A stretch of 63,758 nt of DNA, filler included, from Octopus bimaculoides (Eukaryota): assembly GCF_001194135.2 (NCBI RefSeq). It is 4 parts of 4 records of this genome, joined end to end, with 100 filler letters (N's around TTAATTAATTAA, not from the genome) between each part and the next. Parts side by side here need not be neighbours in the genome. Positions count along the whole stretch, not along the records: positions 46,432 to 62,639 come from NC_068982.1; positions 62,740 to 63,758 come from NW_026355189.1; 2 more parts are not named here. One strand, 5' to 3'. Shown here piece after piece: positions 51,071-63,758 of the stretch. Each line of letters opens with the position of its first letter. The first letter of the stretch is position 1. The translations under genes and the position numbers were made by a program. The notes beneath the pieces were generated by a model, which did no database searches, was not told the DNA's origin, and saw only the letters and a program-made list of their open reading frames with translations.

Positions 51071-51690
51071 AGGACTCTGACAAACGTAGCTGATTTATGA
51101 ATTAAGTGAAATTAATCAAAACGATTTGTTAATTGGTTGAATGCTTAACTAGTTGACTAATAATGATTATAACTACAGTAATGAAATAGAACCAGTATGT
51201 GTTTGTTATTGGCATAATAACCCTCCAAAGATACAGCAAGTACAAACACAAAATATTTTATGTTGTATCTTGGAATTTAAAATATATATTATTTAGAAGT
51301 CTAAGCAATAATAAAATTCCCACTTCAAACTAAACAAAAGCGTCCAACAATAACTTTCTCTCAAACTATATCCTACAAACATACTTTTCTCCCACCTTCT
51401 GTATTTCTCTTTCTATACATCTACATCCCAGGTCAATATACACCAAGGCGAATTCTTATTTCACATAGCTACCCCAACTCTGGAAAAAACAACTTGCCAA
51501 AGGGTATAAAACCATAAGTAAGCCAACTGTAGTACAGTTTGACGATGGCTAGCAGGTGGAAATTTCATTCTCTTTTAGTTCTCTTGTGCTCTACTAAAAA
51601 GCTGTCAGCAATTCTTCAGTTAAATGATAAATTGTTTTAACATATAACTAGACATAACAAACACTCACACACACGCACGCACACACACAC

Positions 51691-51719
<29 letters not shown>

Positions 51720-51726
<7 letters not shown>

Positions 51727-51805
51727 CAGGTTTCTACGCAGTATGATAGAACCCGAGACCACGAGAATACGAAACGAATTTCTCAACCCACAACCAAGCC
51801 TGTTC
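51720..51805 (-). mobile_element. Truncated SINE head related to 61741-61886
   Basis: Reverse strand GGTTGTGGGTTGAGAAATTCG...GTGGTCTCGGGTTC...CTGCGT. Confidence 0.5.
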
Positions 51806-51839
51806 ATATGTATTTGTGTGAGTGAATCTGTGTGTGTAA

Positions 51840-51880
<41 letters not shown>

Positions 51881-52300
51881 TGCGTAAATTGAAAGAAATT
51901 GAAAAATATAAATTCAGTTGATTGATGAGAGTTAAGCATCCTGTGCAAAGACTGGACGATGTAACGGTAAGAAGCGACAAAGTACTTCAGCCGTCCTCCC
52001 TATTTGTTGTACATCATCCAATCAATTTGGTCCTTTCCCATAGCATTCATTCCCGTCACCCACCACAATACACAAAAAAAAAAAACGAAAACAAAACAAA
52101 TTAACCGCATCAATGTCCATTGGAACTCGCGTTTAAATATATCATATATTTCTATTGCATAAATTAAACTACCTCCACCACCACCACCATCACTACTATC
52201 GGAACTATTATTGCTGCTGCTGCCGCAACTACTACTAAACCATCTCCACTCCGACAAACACCACCTACCACCAGCATCAATTAGAACAGCAATAACAAGA

Positions 52301-52348
<48 letters not shown>

Positions 52349-52448
52349 GCTACTACTACGACTACCACCACCACCAGCAGCCCCTTTCGGCAACCATCTC
52401 CCAATAATCTATTTGATATTTGTCTGTGTCAGCTCTAGTTATCACAAG

Positions 52449-52477
52449 TGAACCGTCCCATGGCCAGGGACGGTTCA
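52449..52477. other. Perfect 11-bp GC-rich hairpin
   Basis: TGAACCGTCCC-atggcca-GGGACGGTTCA; CTAG lies 10 nt downstream on the minus strand (52435-52438). Confidence 0.8.
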
Positions 52478-52639
52478 TCGACCACATTACACAGGCTTGA
52501 CATTTGCCATGCCATCAAGTGTGGAAAGCAGCGAATCAATGGTTGGCCATTGATTGATAAGCGATGGAGGCGGTTNNNNNNNNNNTGGTGGTGGTGGTGA
52601 AGGGTTATTGGGAAGTGGTCTCCATTTGAGCATGTATCA

Positions 52640-52946
52640 AAATCTATCATGACCACCACCACCACCACCACCACCACCTCCACCACCACCACCAACAACA
52701 ACAACAAAACTACCGCCACCACAAAAGTCATGTCCTTATAATAATAATGATAATGATAACAATAATGACGAAGAAGATGACAGCGATAGTCATGATGATA
52801 ATGATGATGATGATCATCATCATCATCATTCTCGTCATCATCATGATCATCGTCATGAATACCGTGGCGCTCATTCGAGACATCATAGTAGATGTTTGCT
52901 GCTGATTTTCCTGTTGATGCTAATGATGATGACAATAGTGATGATG

Positions 52947-52977
<31 letters not shown>

Positions 52978-53180
52978 CGATGATGACGACGACGATGGTG
53001 ACGATGATGACGACGACGATGGTGATGATGATGATAATGATGATGATGGTGATGGTGGTAATGACGACGACAACGATTGCGATGATGATGATGATGATGA
53101 TGACGGCGACGGCGATAGTGATGATGGTGATGATTAAGAGGAGGAGGTGGAGGTGGAGGAGGAAGGTAATCATGATGATG
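52640..53180. repeat. Compound (CAC)/(CAT)/(GAT)/(GAC)n low-complexity tract
   Basis: Direct. Confidence 0.9.
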
Positions 53181-53251
53181 ATGTATTTGTTTTTATCGAA
53201 CTTCGCATGGACGAGGAAAGTGAAAAACAAAAAGAGAAGGGTGAAAAAAGA

Positions 53252-53299
<48 letters not shown>

Positions 53300-53805
53300 C
53301 AGAAAGAGAGAGAGAGAGAGGGGGGCAGAAAGAGAGAGAGAGAGGGAGAGAGAGAAAGACAGGGAGAGAAAGAGACGTGGGGGATTTTAAGAAAGGAAAA
53401 GGAAGTGGGGTGATGGGTGAAAGGAAAACGAAAGAGGGGAGGTGGAAGGGAAATGAAAACAATAAAATATAAGATTGGTCGGATGGGAGTAAAGAATGGA
53501 ACAAAAGGAGGGCGTGAGGGGTAGGTGGAGGTATATTTAGGAGTATTGAGCAAGGTAGTGACGTTGGTGGTGGTGGTGGTGGACGCATCGTAATTACAAA
53601 CAGCTAGAGGGAATTACTGAGGCTTGAACACTCCCACCCATGCGCCATCTATCGAGCAACTGAAACGTTGAAATAAGCAATGCCAATGCAACTAGTCCCA
53701 ATGCAACCAATCACAAGACAACACCACCACCATGCATACACACACACACAGACAGACACACACACACATATGGGTATATGTATGCATACACATATACATA
53801 CATAC

Positions 53806-53862
<57 letters not shown>

Positions 53863-54741
53863 CATACATACATACATACGTACATACATATATACATATG
53901 TGTGTATGTATATAGACACACAATCAATTTATAAAGATGGATAAATAGCAGCAAAGGACAACAGGAAAAGGGCAGGATATTTAATGTAGGAGTCTTTACT
54001 AAAATTCAATTGCAATGTGAATACAACCGAGTAGTTTTGAAAAAAAAACCTGTTATTAGAAACTTGAAATTTGAATATAGAATATAAATAAAACAAGGGA
54101 AATTCTTCATCTATGCTAAGTTTATGGAAAAGGTGTTTATGGTTGGAAGGAGAGATGAGAGAAGAAAATGTCGAAGATAGAAGGAAAGTAGAGGTTGATA
54201 CACGACTGAAGTGTTTAAAATTTGTTAGATGGAATGGTTAAAAAAGGATTTTTTAAAAAGAGTCAGTATTAATTTTAGGTATGAAAGTAATTAGATGTAT
54301 GATAATGAAAATTTGGGTTGCTATTGCATAGGATTAAATTTACGATAGCATTTTATTAGGGTGAATTAAAGGAAATTTATGTGACGAAGATTCAGGTGAC
54401 TTGATGATACGCAGAGCAACGTCTCTGGAAGTTTCCTATAAGGTCGAACAGGAGAAACCAGAATAAACATGACTAAACCTGCTGTCTCCAATAGCAAAAC
54501 GAATGGATGTATTACCACAACAATGGCTGATCTGAATATTGCTTTTGAACTGGCATAGGAGATAGAGGCTTACGTGCTACGGGTGACTGCAACTAGTTTA
54601 GTGGAAGCCGTTGCAATATCACTACTTGATACTCTCGTTTCCTTCCCGTTTGTGCAGCATAAGATGTTCCTGAGACGAAAGACGGTCGGTCTCTCCCTGA
54701 TAAATGGATATCCACTGTATTGAAATAAAGTCTGTCATACC

Positions 54742-54781
54742 GGCCATGACGAAGGGAAATAGCCCTGAAACTCGAGTCGCC
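54742..54781 (+). ncRNA. Minimal type I hammerhead ribozyme motif with one core lesion
   Basis: GGC-CATGACGA-AGGG(aaatag)CCCT-GAAAC-TCGA-GTC-GCC; stems I, II and III all pair, GUC triplet; the CUGA box carries an extra or substituted A. Confidence 0.7.
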
Positions 54782-54884
54782 TTTATATATATATATTTAT
54801 ATTTATATATTTATATATTTGATCCTTTATATTGAACACTCAATATTTCATCTACATTCAATACTTTCTTTCATGGTGCCATCC

Positions 54885-55036
54885 ATTTTTATGTTATTTT
54901 ATTTTATATTGTATATTGTATATCATATTATATATTGTATATTCCATATTCTATACCCTACATTAGTTCTGCAGGAATATAAATAAAACATAAAAAACAG
55001 ACAGTGTTGGAACTCTTTTAAGCAAAATAATATATA
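54885..55036 (+). repeat. Left arm of an approximately 140-bp inverted repeat (partner 57721-57862)
   Basis: About 6 differences over the roughly 92-nt non-microsatellite core, compared by eye. Confidence 0.85.
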
Positions 55037-55251
55037 NNNNNNNNNNNNNNNNNNNNNNNNNNNNNNNNNNNNNNNNNNNNNNNNNNNNNNNNNNNNNNNN
55101 NNNNNNNNNNNNNNNNNNNNNNNNNNNNNNNNNNNNNNNNNNNNNNNNNNNNNNNNNNNNNNNNNNNNNNNNNNNNNNNNNNNNNNNNNNNNNNNNNNNN
55201 NNNNNNNNNNNNNNNNNNNNNNNNNNNNNNNNNNNNNNNNNNNNNNNNNNN

Positions 55252-55521
55252 ATTGAGCGAAAACACCTAAAGCTCCACGAGGCTCCAGCAGGGGATGGTG
55301 GCGAACCCTGCTGTACTCTTTCACCACAACTTTCTCTTACTTCCTGTTTCTGCTGTGCCTGTAATTCAAAGGGTCAGCTTTGTCACACTGTGTCATGCTG
55401 AATATCCTCGAGAACTACGTTAAGGGTACACGTGTCTGTGGAGCTGGCTCAGCCACTTGCACGTTAATTTCACGAGCAGGCTGTTCTGTTAATCGGATCA
55501 ACTGGAACCCTCGACGTCGTA
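55252..55521 (+). mobile_element. SINE of the 237-470 family, 3' part
   Basis: ATTGAGCGAAAACACCTAAAGCTCC...TTTCACCACAACTTTCTC...TCCTGTTTCT shared with 325-432. Confidence 0.85.
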
Positions 55522-56299
55522 AGCGACGGAGTGCCAACAATTCAATTCTATGATTGTTGTAGTTGTTATCTCCTGATTGTGTTTGATCATTGTTTTCTGT
55601 TTACTGATTGGTTGTTACTTCTAGACCATTTCATTGACTATTTTGGGATGAGGGAAGTGTGCTTTTATCTAGTTATAGATTTTCTTTCTTTTTGTTTGGA
55701 AATTTTAGGAATCCTATATTTGTGAGTGAGTTTAACTGTGAAACTAATTAAGGATGTATAACATATCCCTTTATTCTCAATATGCTTTGATAGATTCGGA
55801 GAACGATGTGCGTTTATAATACACGGGATACACTGGTGTATGAGGACGTTAAGATCTTATTGTATGTCCCCTCAGTCAAAACTATCTCACCTGACCGATC
55901 AATCTAGCAAGATTACTGGCACTTTTTGATAGAAATCAGCAACCAATTATTTACCAAAGCACGCTGATGTCTACCAAGCGATTAAAAATCCATGAGATGC
56001 AACAGAACAGCGAGAATCTAAACAATAACATATCTATTGTTACTGGGTAGTCTTGACTGAGGAGGCGTCAGGTGTCTCACCGTCCATTTAAACCGGCGAA
56101 TCAGGTGTGTTATGAATACATGCTGTCAAAAGGGAGGTGTCCTCCGATGAAGAAAACCAACAAAGTTCGATCCTTCATTATTCACGTTCGAATCTGCTAA
56201 AACGTATTAAGAATGGATAGGTTATTGTTTGGATTAATAATTCATGCATCTCATGAATCATTAACTGATGTTTTTTCATTAAAGATTTTTCTTGGTTGA

Positions 56300-56690
56300 G
56301 TGATTTTTGTGAGGTTCTCGCTGCGCTGCAGTAATTTAGTGCTCCAACGAAGATCCCCGAAATTTAGCGATGCTTCCTGCAACATTCCACAACGGATGAC
56401 TTACATCCTATCAGTACATGCTCCATCAATGCTTAACTTCGGTACCGATGACATTCAACAATACCACTCCAACCTCACCATGTAATATAGATTGGCCATA
56501 GAAACAAACCCATACATCGTCCTCAAAAGGAATCCTATCCTGACTGGTTCGACCATTTCCCACAACATGCTCAACAATAATTTGCTTTCTACACCTGTCA
56601 TTCTTGCTATCCCTTCGAGTCTGGGACGGTTTTTATAACACGCATTGTGTCTCCAGGCAATCTACACGCTCTGAGGACATGATATATTCA
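56300..56690 (+). mobile_element. Possible decayed CR1/L2/Jockey RT fragment
   Basis: HSTTDDL...DWFDHF spacing resembles RT domains 3-4; many stops. Confidence 0.3.
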
Positions 56691-57609
56691 ATTTACAAAG
56701 CTGTTACAAGAGAAATCACAGGAAAAAACGAGGAGGCGATAGGTGCAAAAAGTGGAAAGGTGAATAAAAACGGAAACATAAAAGAGAAGGAAAGAAAAGA
56801 AAGGAAAGAGTTACGTCCCGTTTGACCGTAAAACCATAATTAAGCTAGTTGTTGAAGAATAATTTAACGGAGAGAGGTCAAAAGTCTGCGAACAGCTAAT
56901 CAATACAAACACGGTGCTGTGGAGAGGGTGGTATCTTCGAGTTCGCCAAAAGACATAACATATNNNNNNNNNNNNNNNNNNNNNNNNNNNNNNNNNNNNN
57001 NNNNNNNNNNNNNNNNNNNNNNNNNNNNNNNNNNNNNNNNNNNNNNNNNNNNNNNNNNNNNNNNNNNNNNNNNNNNNNNNNNNNNNNNNNNNNNNNNNNN
57101 NNNNNNNNNNNNNNNNNNNNNNNNNNNNNNNNNNNNNNNNNNNNNNNNNNNNNNNNNNNNNNNNNNNNNNNNNNNNNNNNNNNNNNNNNNNNNNNNNNNN
57201 NNNNNNNNNNNNNNNNNNNNNNNNNNNNNNNNNNNNNNNNNNNNNNNNNNNNNNNNNNNNNNNNNNNNNNNNNNNNNNNNNNNNNNNNNNNNNNNNNNNN
57301 NNNNNNNNNNNNNNNNNNNNNNNNNNNNNNNNNNNNNNNNNNNNNNNNNNNNNNNNNNNNNNNNNNNNNNNNNNNNNNNNNNNNNNNNNNNNNNNNNNNN
57401 NNNNNNNNNNNNNNNNNNNNNNNNNNNNNNNNNNNNNNNNNNNNNNNNNNNNNNNNNNNNNNNNNNNNNNNNNNNNNNNNNNNNNNNNNNNNNNNNNNNN
57501 NNNNNNNNNNNNNNNNNNNNNNNNNNNNNNNNNNNNNNNNNNNNNNNNNNNNNNNNNNNNNNNNNNNNNNNNNNNNNNNNNNNNNNNNNNNNNNNNNNNN
57601 NNNNNNNNN

Positions 57610-57720
57610 CTGTTCTATAACACAAAATAGATAAGTATACGAAGTTTGAAAGTCTTTCGGTACCAAAAACACTATGTAAAACATTAATGAAAAATGTGGC
57701 CCCCGTTTTAAAAAAGATCC
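57610..57720 (-). mobile_element. Terminal fragment of the foldback family at 61887
   Basis: Reverse complement aligns to 61887-61990 and ends at the same GGATC terminus. Confidence 0.8.
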
Positions 57721-57862
57721 ATATATATATATATTATTTTGTTTAAAAGAGTTCCAACACTGTTTGTTTTTTATGTTTTATTTATATTCCTGCAAAACCA
57801 ATGTGGGATATAGAATATGGAATATACAATATATAATATAATATACAATATATAATGGATTT
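57721..57862 (-). repeat. Right arm of inverted repeat (partner 54885-55036)
   Basis: See partner arm. Confidence 0.85.
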
Positions 57863-58044
57863 TGTGTCACTATAAATGGAATGATCTTTTCCTGTTTGTC
57901 TTTTCTTTGCGATATATATGTTTGCATAACTATCTATACGTACGTATATACATGTACATATATGTGTGTATATATATGTGTATATAGTATGATTATATGC
58001 ATGCATGTATGTATCTATGTATATATATATTCTTTTATTCATTT

Positions 58045-58265
58045 ACTTGTTCCACTCATTTGACTGCGGCCGTGCTGGAGCACCGCCTTTGAGTCAAACA
58101 AATCTACCCCAGAACTTATTCTTTGTAAGCCTGGTACTTATTCTATCGGTCTCATTTGCCGAACCGCTAATTTATGGTGACGTAAACGCATCAACATCAG
58201 TTGCCAAGCGATGGAGGAGACACAAAGGCACACATATAAACACGCACACACGATGGGCTTCGTTC
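58045..58265. mobile_element. SINE of the 38820 family
   Basis: See 38820-39010. Confidence 0.7.
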
Positions 58266-58275
58266 TGTCTACCCA

Positions 58276-58316
<41 letters not shown>

Positions 58317-59105
58317 TATGTATATATACACGTATATCTAGCTTTCTGTCTATCTATCTATCTGTCTGTGTAGCCATTTATCTATCTATCTATCTATCTA
58401 TATATTTATATACATACATATATGCACATGNNNNNNNNNNNNNNNNNNNNNNNNNNNNNNNNNNNNNNNNNNNNNNNNNNNNNNNNNNNNNNNNNNNNNN
58501 NNNNNNNNNNNNNNNNNNNNNNNNNNNNNNNNNNNNNNNNNNNNNNNNNNNNNNNNNNNNNNNNNNNNNNNNNNNNNNNNNNNNNNNNNNNNNNNNNNNN
58601 NNNNNNNNNNNNNNNNNNNNNNNNNNNNNNNNNNNNNNNNNNNNNNNNNNNNNNNNNNNNNNNNNNNNNNNNNNNNNNNNNNNNNNNNNNNNNNNNNNNN
58701 NNNNNNNNNNNNNNNNNNNNNNNNNNNNNNNNNNNNNNNNNNNNNNNNNNNNNNNNNNNNNNNNNNNNNNNNNNNNNNNNNNNNNNNNNNNNNNNNNNNN
58801 NNNNNNNNNNNNNNNNNNNNNNNNNNNNNNNNNNNNNNNNNNNNNNNNNNNNNNNNNNNNNNNNNNNNNNNNNNNNNNNNNNNNNNNNNNNNNNNNNNNN
58901 NNNNNNNNNNNNNNNNNNNNNNNNNNNNNNNNNNNNNNNNNNNNNNNNNNNNNNNNNNNNNNNNNNNNNNNNNNNNNNNNNNNNNNNNNNNNNNNNNNNN
59001 NNNNNNNNNNNNNNNNNNNNNNNNNNNNNNNNNNNNNNNNNNNNNNNNNNNNNNNNNNNNNNNNNNNNNNNNNNNNNNNNNNNNNNNNNNNNNNNNNNNN
59101 NNNNN

Positions 59106-59138
<33 letters not shown>

Positions 59139-60979
59139 ATATACATACGTGCGTGTGTGTGTGTGTGTGTGTGTGTCCTAGCATGATAGAGAATGCAGCT
59201 CATTTTAAATGTATTTGCATGTTTTTGCTCCATTATCTCTGTGTGAATGTACGTGTATGCGCATGTATGTATGTGTCATTGGGGTGAGTAGGGGTATGTC
59301 ATTGAGGCGCTCCTTTGTAACACTTGAATATGATAATTTCTACAAAACTGAAGTTGCTTTCAATGAATGTAAGCCAACGTCGTCTATCTATCTATCCATC
59401 TGCTTATCTTTTCGCTTATCCATTCCATCTCTTGCATACACACGCGCGCGCGATTATATCTAGAAGTGCGTGTGTGACATAGCTTGACTATCTAGAAATA
59501 TATCTGCTATATTTGTCGTTCTGGCTCTTTTTACCCTTCTTTCAATTCACATTCTGTCTCTCTTATACCATCTCCTCTCTGTCTCTTCTCTCTCTTCTCT
59601 CTCTCACACTCTCTCTCTTCCTTTCTTTTATTTCTCTCTCCCACTTTAATAGTGATTGTGAGGAAACGGAGAGTATCAGAAAACAGTAAGTTGTCTGCTC
59701 TCTCTCTCACTTTTGTCTTCTTTCCTGTTTAACAGTGATTACAAAGATACAGAGAGTATCAGAAACTAGACAGAATTATCTATTCTGTCTGTCTGTCTCT
59801 ATCTCTCTCTCACGCACAAACACATTTTCTCCCTTTCTGTCTCCTTATTGCTAACCCCTCCCCATTCTCTCTCTATATCTTTCTCTGACGCTCTTCACAT
59901 TGAATTTGCTTTCTTTTCCTTTCGTTTTCTCTTTTTATGCTTCTTCAGCGACCTCTAGGGAGATTTTCTATATAGAAACCTACCAGAATCGCTTGTTTAG
60001 AAATATCTGCCACCCTTTCTCTACGTGTCAAAATGACATGACGTCTACAATAACGTTGCCTGTCATGGCTGTCTTTATTCTGGCAAACACGTTCGAGATT
60101 TCCGCCATTGTTGTATGGAGAGGCACTAACTTCGCCACTAGATTCCAGCCGATCTCTTGGAGACGACAATGTTTTCCTTCATTTTAAATGGAGCTTCGTT
60201 CGTATTGATAACCTTCATTATAACATCGCCGTTCGTCTATCAGTGTGTGGATGTGGGTCAATATATGCACAATATATATATATATATATATANNNNNNNN
60301 NNNNNNNNNNNNNNNNNNNNNNNNNNNNNNNNNNNNNNNNNNNNNNNNNNNNNNNNNNNNNNNNNNNNNNNNNNNNNNNNNNNNNNNNNNNNNNNNNNNN
60401 NNNNNNNNNNNNNNNNNNNNNNNNNNNNNNNNNNNNNNNNNNNNNNNATAATGTATGTATATCTATATAATATTATATTATGCATGTATATATATGTATA
60501 TATATATACACTTATATATACACATGCATATATAGCTGTATATTAATGTATAACTGTGTGTGTGTGAGAGTGTGTGTGTATACAGAGAGAAAGAGAGAGA
60601 GAGAGAGAGAGTAATAATAATAATGATCCATGGATGGAATTTATAAATATTTTAATGTATCATTACGCGCGTTTACACAAATCACGTGTTTCTTACGATC
60701 ATAGTCCGTATTCCTGGGATGATTATAGTAGAACCTGTAATATCGATGGACATAAGGTGGATCTCAGTTCAAGCGCTCATTTCATCTGGCGATATGCCAT
60801 TAAAGTTGGAAGCAACGAATGTATAAATGAAGAACGCATCAACTAATATCCACCTGTTGTCCGTGGATATTACGGATTGTACTGTTATCATCCCAGAAAT
60901 ACAGACTATGATCATAAGGGACGTGTGATTTGTGGACACGCGCGTAACGATGCATTAAAATATTTATAAATTCCAGCCA

Positions 60980-61061
<82 letters not shown>

Positions 61062-61064
<3 letters not shown>

Positions 61065-61440
61065 TAGTTTTATTTTTATGACGTGCTTTCATTTCACTAC
61101 CGAGCGCAGCTCTGTGTGCCTTGGGTATGTGCTGTGGTTTACTGTGATGCCCTTATGGTTACTGTATTGAAAGTGTTTTGCGTAGGATGTGTGCAGTGCC
61201 CAGTAGTGCAATTTTCTGTATGTTATATATATTTGTAAGTCCGGGTGTTTTTGTTATGTATTTGTCTGAATGTTTTTTTTTATTATACCTAAGGCACCTA
61301 CTATGATAGGAATTGTTTCTGTTTTTAGATTCCACATTCGAGTTACCTCTATTTCCAGGTCTTTGTATTTTGAAAGTTTCTCCATTTCTTTTAGGGAAAC
61401 GTTGTCATCTGCTGGTATTGATACATCAATTAGAAAGCAT
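61062..61440 (-). mobile_element. Young 5'-truncated R4/Dong-like copy inside (TAA)n
   Basis: CFLIDVSIPADDNVSLKEMEKLSKYKDLEIEVTRMWNLKTETIPIIVGALG; (ATT)n on both flanks (60981-61061 and 61441-61507). Confidence 0.9.
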
Positions 61441-61453
61441 TTTATTATTATTA

Positions 61454-61505
<52 letters not shown>

Positions 61506-61740
61506 TACTACTATAATTACCCTACGCTATATCGGCACAGCTCGGTACAACCCCATAAAACTGGTGTTGCAAGTTGGTATCATGAAGTTTTAGCCGACAT
61601 AATGAAATAGGAGCATTTATATGCACACTGAAAAACGTTTCCAGTAAACGAACTTCAAGGATATATATACGTACGTGCATTATTTCCATCTCTACCACAC
61701 CACCACTATCGCCGCCGCCACAATCTCCACCGCCACTAAC

Positions 61741-61886
61741 AGGCGCAAGAGTGGCTGTGTGGTAAGGAGCTTGCTTCACAACCACGTGGGTCCGGGTTCA
61801 GTCCCACTGCGTGGCACCTTGGGCAAGTGTCTTCGGCCGACCAAAGTGTTTTGAGTGGATTTGGTCGACAGAAACTGAAAGAAGCC
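61741..61886 (+). mobile_element. CORE-like tRNA-derived SINE, interrupted by foldback element
   Basis: A box TGGCTGTGTGG, B box GGGTTCAGTCCC, GCACCTTGGGCAAGTGTCTTC (61814-61834) resembles the start of the CORE domain. Confidence 0.8.
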
Positions 61887-62639
61887 GGATCCTTCTTAAT
61901 TGACGGGCACCACTTTTCATTTATGTTTTGTTGTGTTTTTGGTACCGAAACACTTTCAAACTTCGTATACTTGTATATTTTGTGTTATAGAACAGATAGA
62001 AATTTTTGTATTCGAAGTTATTATACGTAAAAAATTGTCGTATTTCGGTAATTTCAACCAATCACTGACATTTATTGAGGTGAAAACAATTACTGCTGTG
62101 AATTGTGAATACCACACGTTGTGCGGTGTAATGGGATCTTTTCCCTTGAAGAAAATTAGTGCCGTTGTTTGTCAAAAACTGTCAATGGTACTGTTATTTA
62201 TAACATCGTTCGTGCGTTTGTACTGGTTTTAGCTTTAGGGTTTTAGGGTTTATGATTATTTTTGCCATAACCTAACTCATAACACTAACACTAACCCTAA
62301 CCCTAAAACCCTAACCCTAAAACCCGAACCCCTTACTAGGGAATAACGACATAATTACCAGGGAATAACGATCTTGAGACCGGCAAAAATTGTTGTTTAC
62401 AAAAAACAGCAGTAACTGTATTCAGCTGAATAGACGTCAGTGATTGGTTGAAATTACAGAAATACGACAGCTTTAACATGAAATAACTTGCAATATAGAA
62501 ATTTTTGTTAAGAAGGCTAAGAGAAAAAGATGTTTTATATGACACATTCTACCAGTATCCCAAGTTTGAAAGTGTTTCGTTAAGAAAACAAGTGGTGCCC
62601 GTCAAATTAGAAGGACACTTACCTAAGGTTCCACGCTTC
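61887..62639. mobile_element. Foldback/MITE-like element with about 200-bp imperfect inverted arms and central telomere-like repeats
   Basis: TCCTTCTTAATTGACGGGCACCACTT (61890) versus AAGTGGTGCCCGTCAAATTAGAAGGA (ends 62615); TTTAGGGTTTTAGGG faces (CCCTAA)n at 62235-62333. Confidence 0.85.
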
Positions 62640-63054
62640 NNNNNNNNNNNNNNNNNNNNNNNNNNNNNNNNNNNNNNNNNNNNTTAATTAATTAANNNNN
62701 NNNNNNNNNNNNNNNNNNNNNNNNNNNNNNNNNNNNNNNTCATCATTACTGTTATCAATACGATTAATACCCTAACGTTTGGTTTTTGTACGTATCTGTG
62801 GTGTGTGTCACACTTCAAAGAAGTGGCAAAGCGAAGGAGAGGAGGACAGAGTAAATAAGAGAGAAAGAGAGAAAATGAGAGTGAAAGAGACAGTGAGTGG
62901 TGACGGCGTTCATCGCGAGAGAAGTAGATGCACAGATACATATACACATTGTTAAATCACAGGCGGGAGAGAAGAAGGACACAAAGGAAGTGAAAGAGAA
63001 AGAGAGAATAAGAGAGATAGAAACTTAAATCAGTAGATGCACACAGCAACTGTT

Positions 63055-63590
63055 GGATATCAATTTCACTTTTGAAGACAACTAAAACAATTACTCTATG
63101 ATCATGTTTGGTCTTCATGTCTCAATAGTATGGACCATTTTTAAGGCGGAGTCCCACATGATCTCGTAATTCTCATTTCCTATCACAGCTTCTGGTTCGT
63201 GTTCATACTACTTTTCTGTTGTTGTCAAGTCACACACTCGACTAACATCCCAATGCGTTTTTTTGCTTACACAGTTATGACGACGCTTGTATTCCTTTTG
63301 TTGTGTTACACCGCACGCACTCAAAAAAATGATTGACACTATCGGCCCCTTTCTTTCAGATAGATTTTGCATTTGGTGTCTAACAGAGTTTGTCTATCAT
63401 TGCATCTAACAGATTTTTTCTAATGGCTTATTTCTGAACCTCCATAATTATCGTTTCAGTTTTTCATTTCAAGTTCGCGGCCATCAACCAAAGCTAGCGG
63501 ACTTCACATCCCAAAATTTCAGTTTGTTGTATGAATTGGTCACGCAGTTCCTTTTATTTCCATTTGTTCATTTTGGTGTTCTTCTTAACG
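63055..63590 (-). mobile_element. R4/Dong-like 3' region, decayed
   Basis: KEYKRRHN...HWDVSRVC...YEHEPEAV..NENYEIMWD; homologous to 23900-24560. Confidence 0.8.
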
Positions 63591-63758
63591 TTGCTGTTGT
63601 TATTATTATTANNNNNNNNNNTATTATTATTATTATTATTATTATTATTGAGTGAGAGAAGGTGCATGCCATCAAAGTGACACTGGGGTAAAATATACAA
63701 AGCCCATTACTACCCGTCTGATAAGGGTCCACCAGGCACATGCATCACAACCATATGT

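Noticed and set aside
52435-53390. Poly-Asp, poly-Ser and poly-Met ORFs
   Set aside because: Translations of (GAT/GAC)n trinucleotide repeats with no splice or domain support.

Overview
AT-rich animal genomic DNA with many assembly gaps. The SINE families and dense (AAT)n/(TA)n/(GT)n/(TACA)n microsatellites suggest an octopus or other cephalopod intronic/intergenic region (inference). No long intact ORF: almost all supplied ORFs are microsatellite or N-gap artefacts. Contents: (i) about 14 fragments of R4/Dong-like RLE non-LTR retrotransposons, many embedded strand-specifically in (TAA)n tracts; (ii) at least 5 Penelope-like element (PLE) relics (RT with YVDD, GIY-YIG endonuclease); (iii) 5 recognisable plus 3 degenerate minimal type I hammerhead ribozyme (HHR) motifs between about 30 and 55 kb, including one with a canonical core and an 87-nt structured loop II, and a convergent pair; (iv) two decayed mariner transposases, an L1/Tx1 fragment, RTE and CR1/L2-like fragments; (v) hAT and Tigger-like MITEs and a foldback element with telomere-like internal repeats; (vi) many tRNA-derived SINEs of several families; (vii) a few weakly supported candidate exons, the best one LRR-like on the minus strand. 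The most notable signals are the HHR set, a PLE with twin-priming-like inversion geometry, a head-to-head PLE palindrome and the (TAA)n-targeted R4/Dong arrays. Element boundaries and identities were estimated by eye and are approximate.
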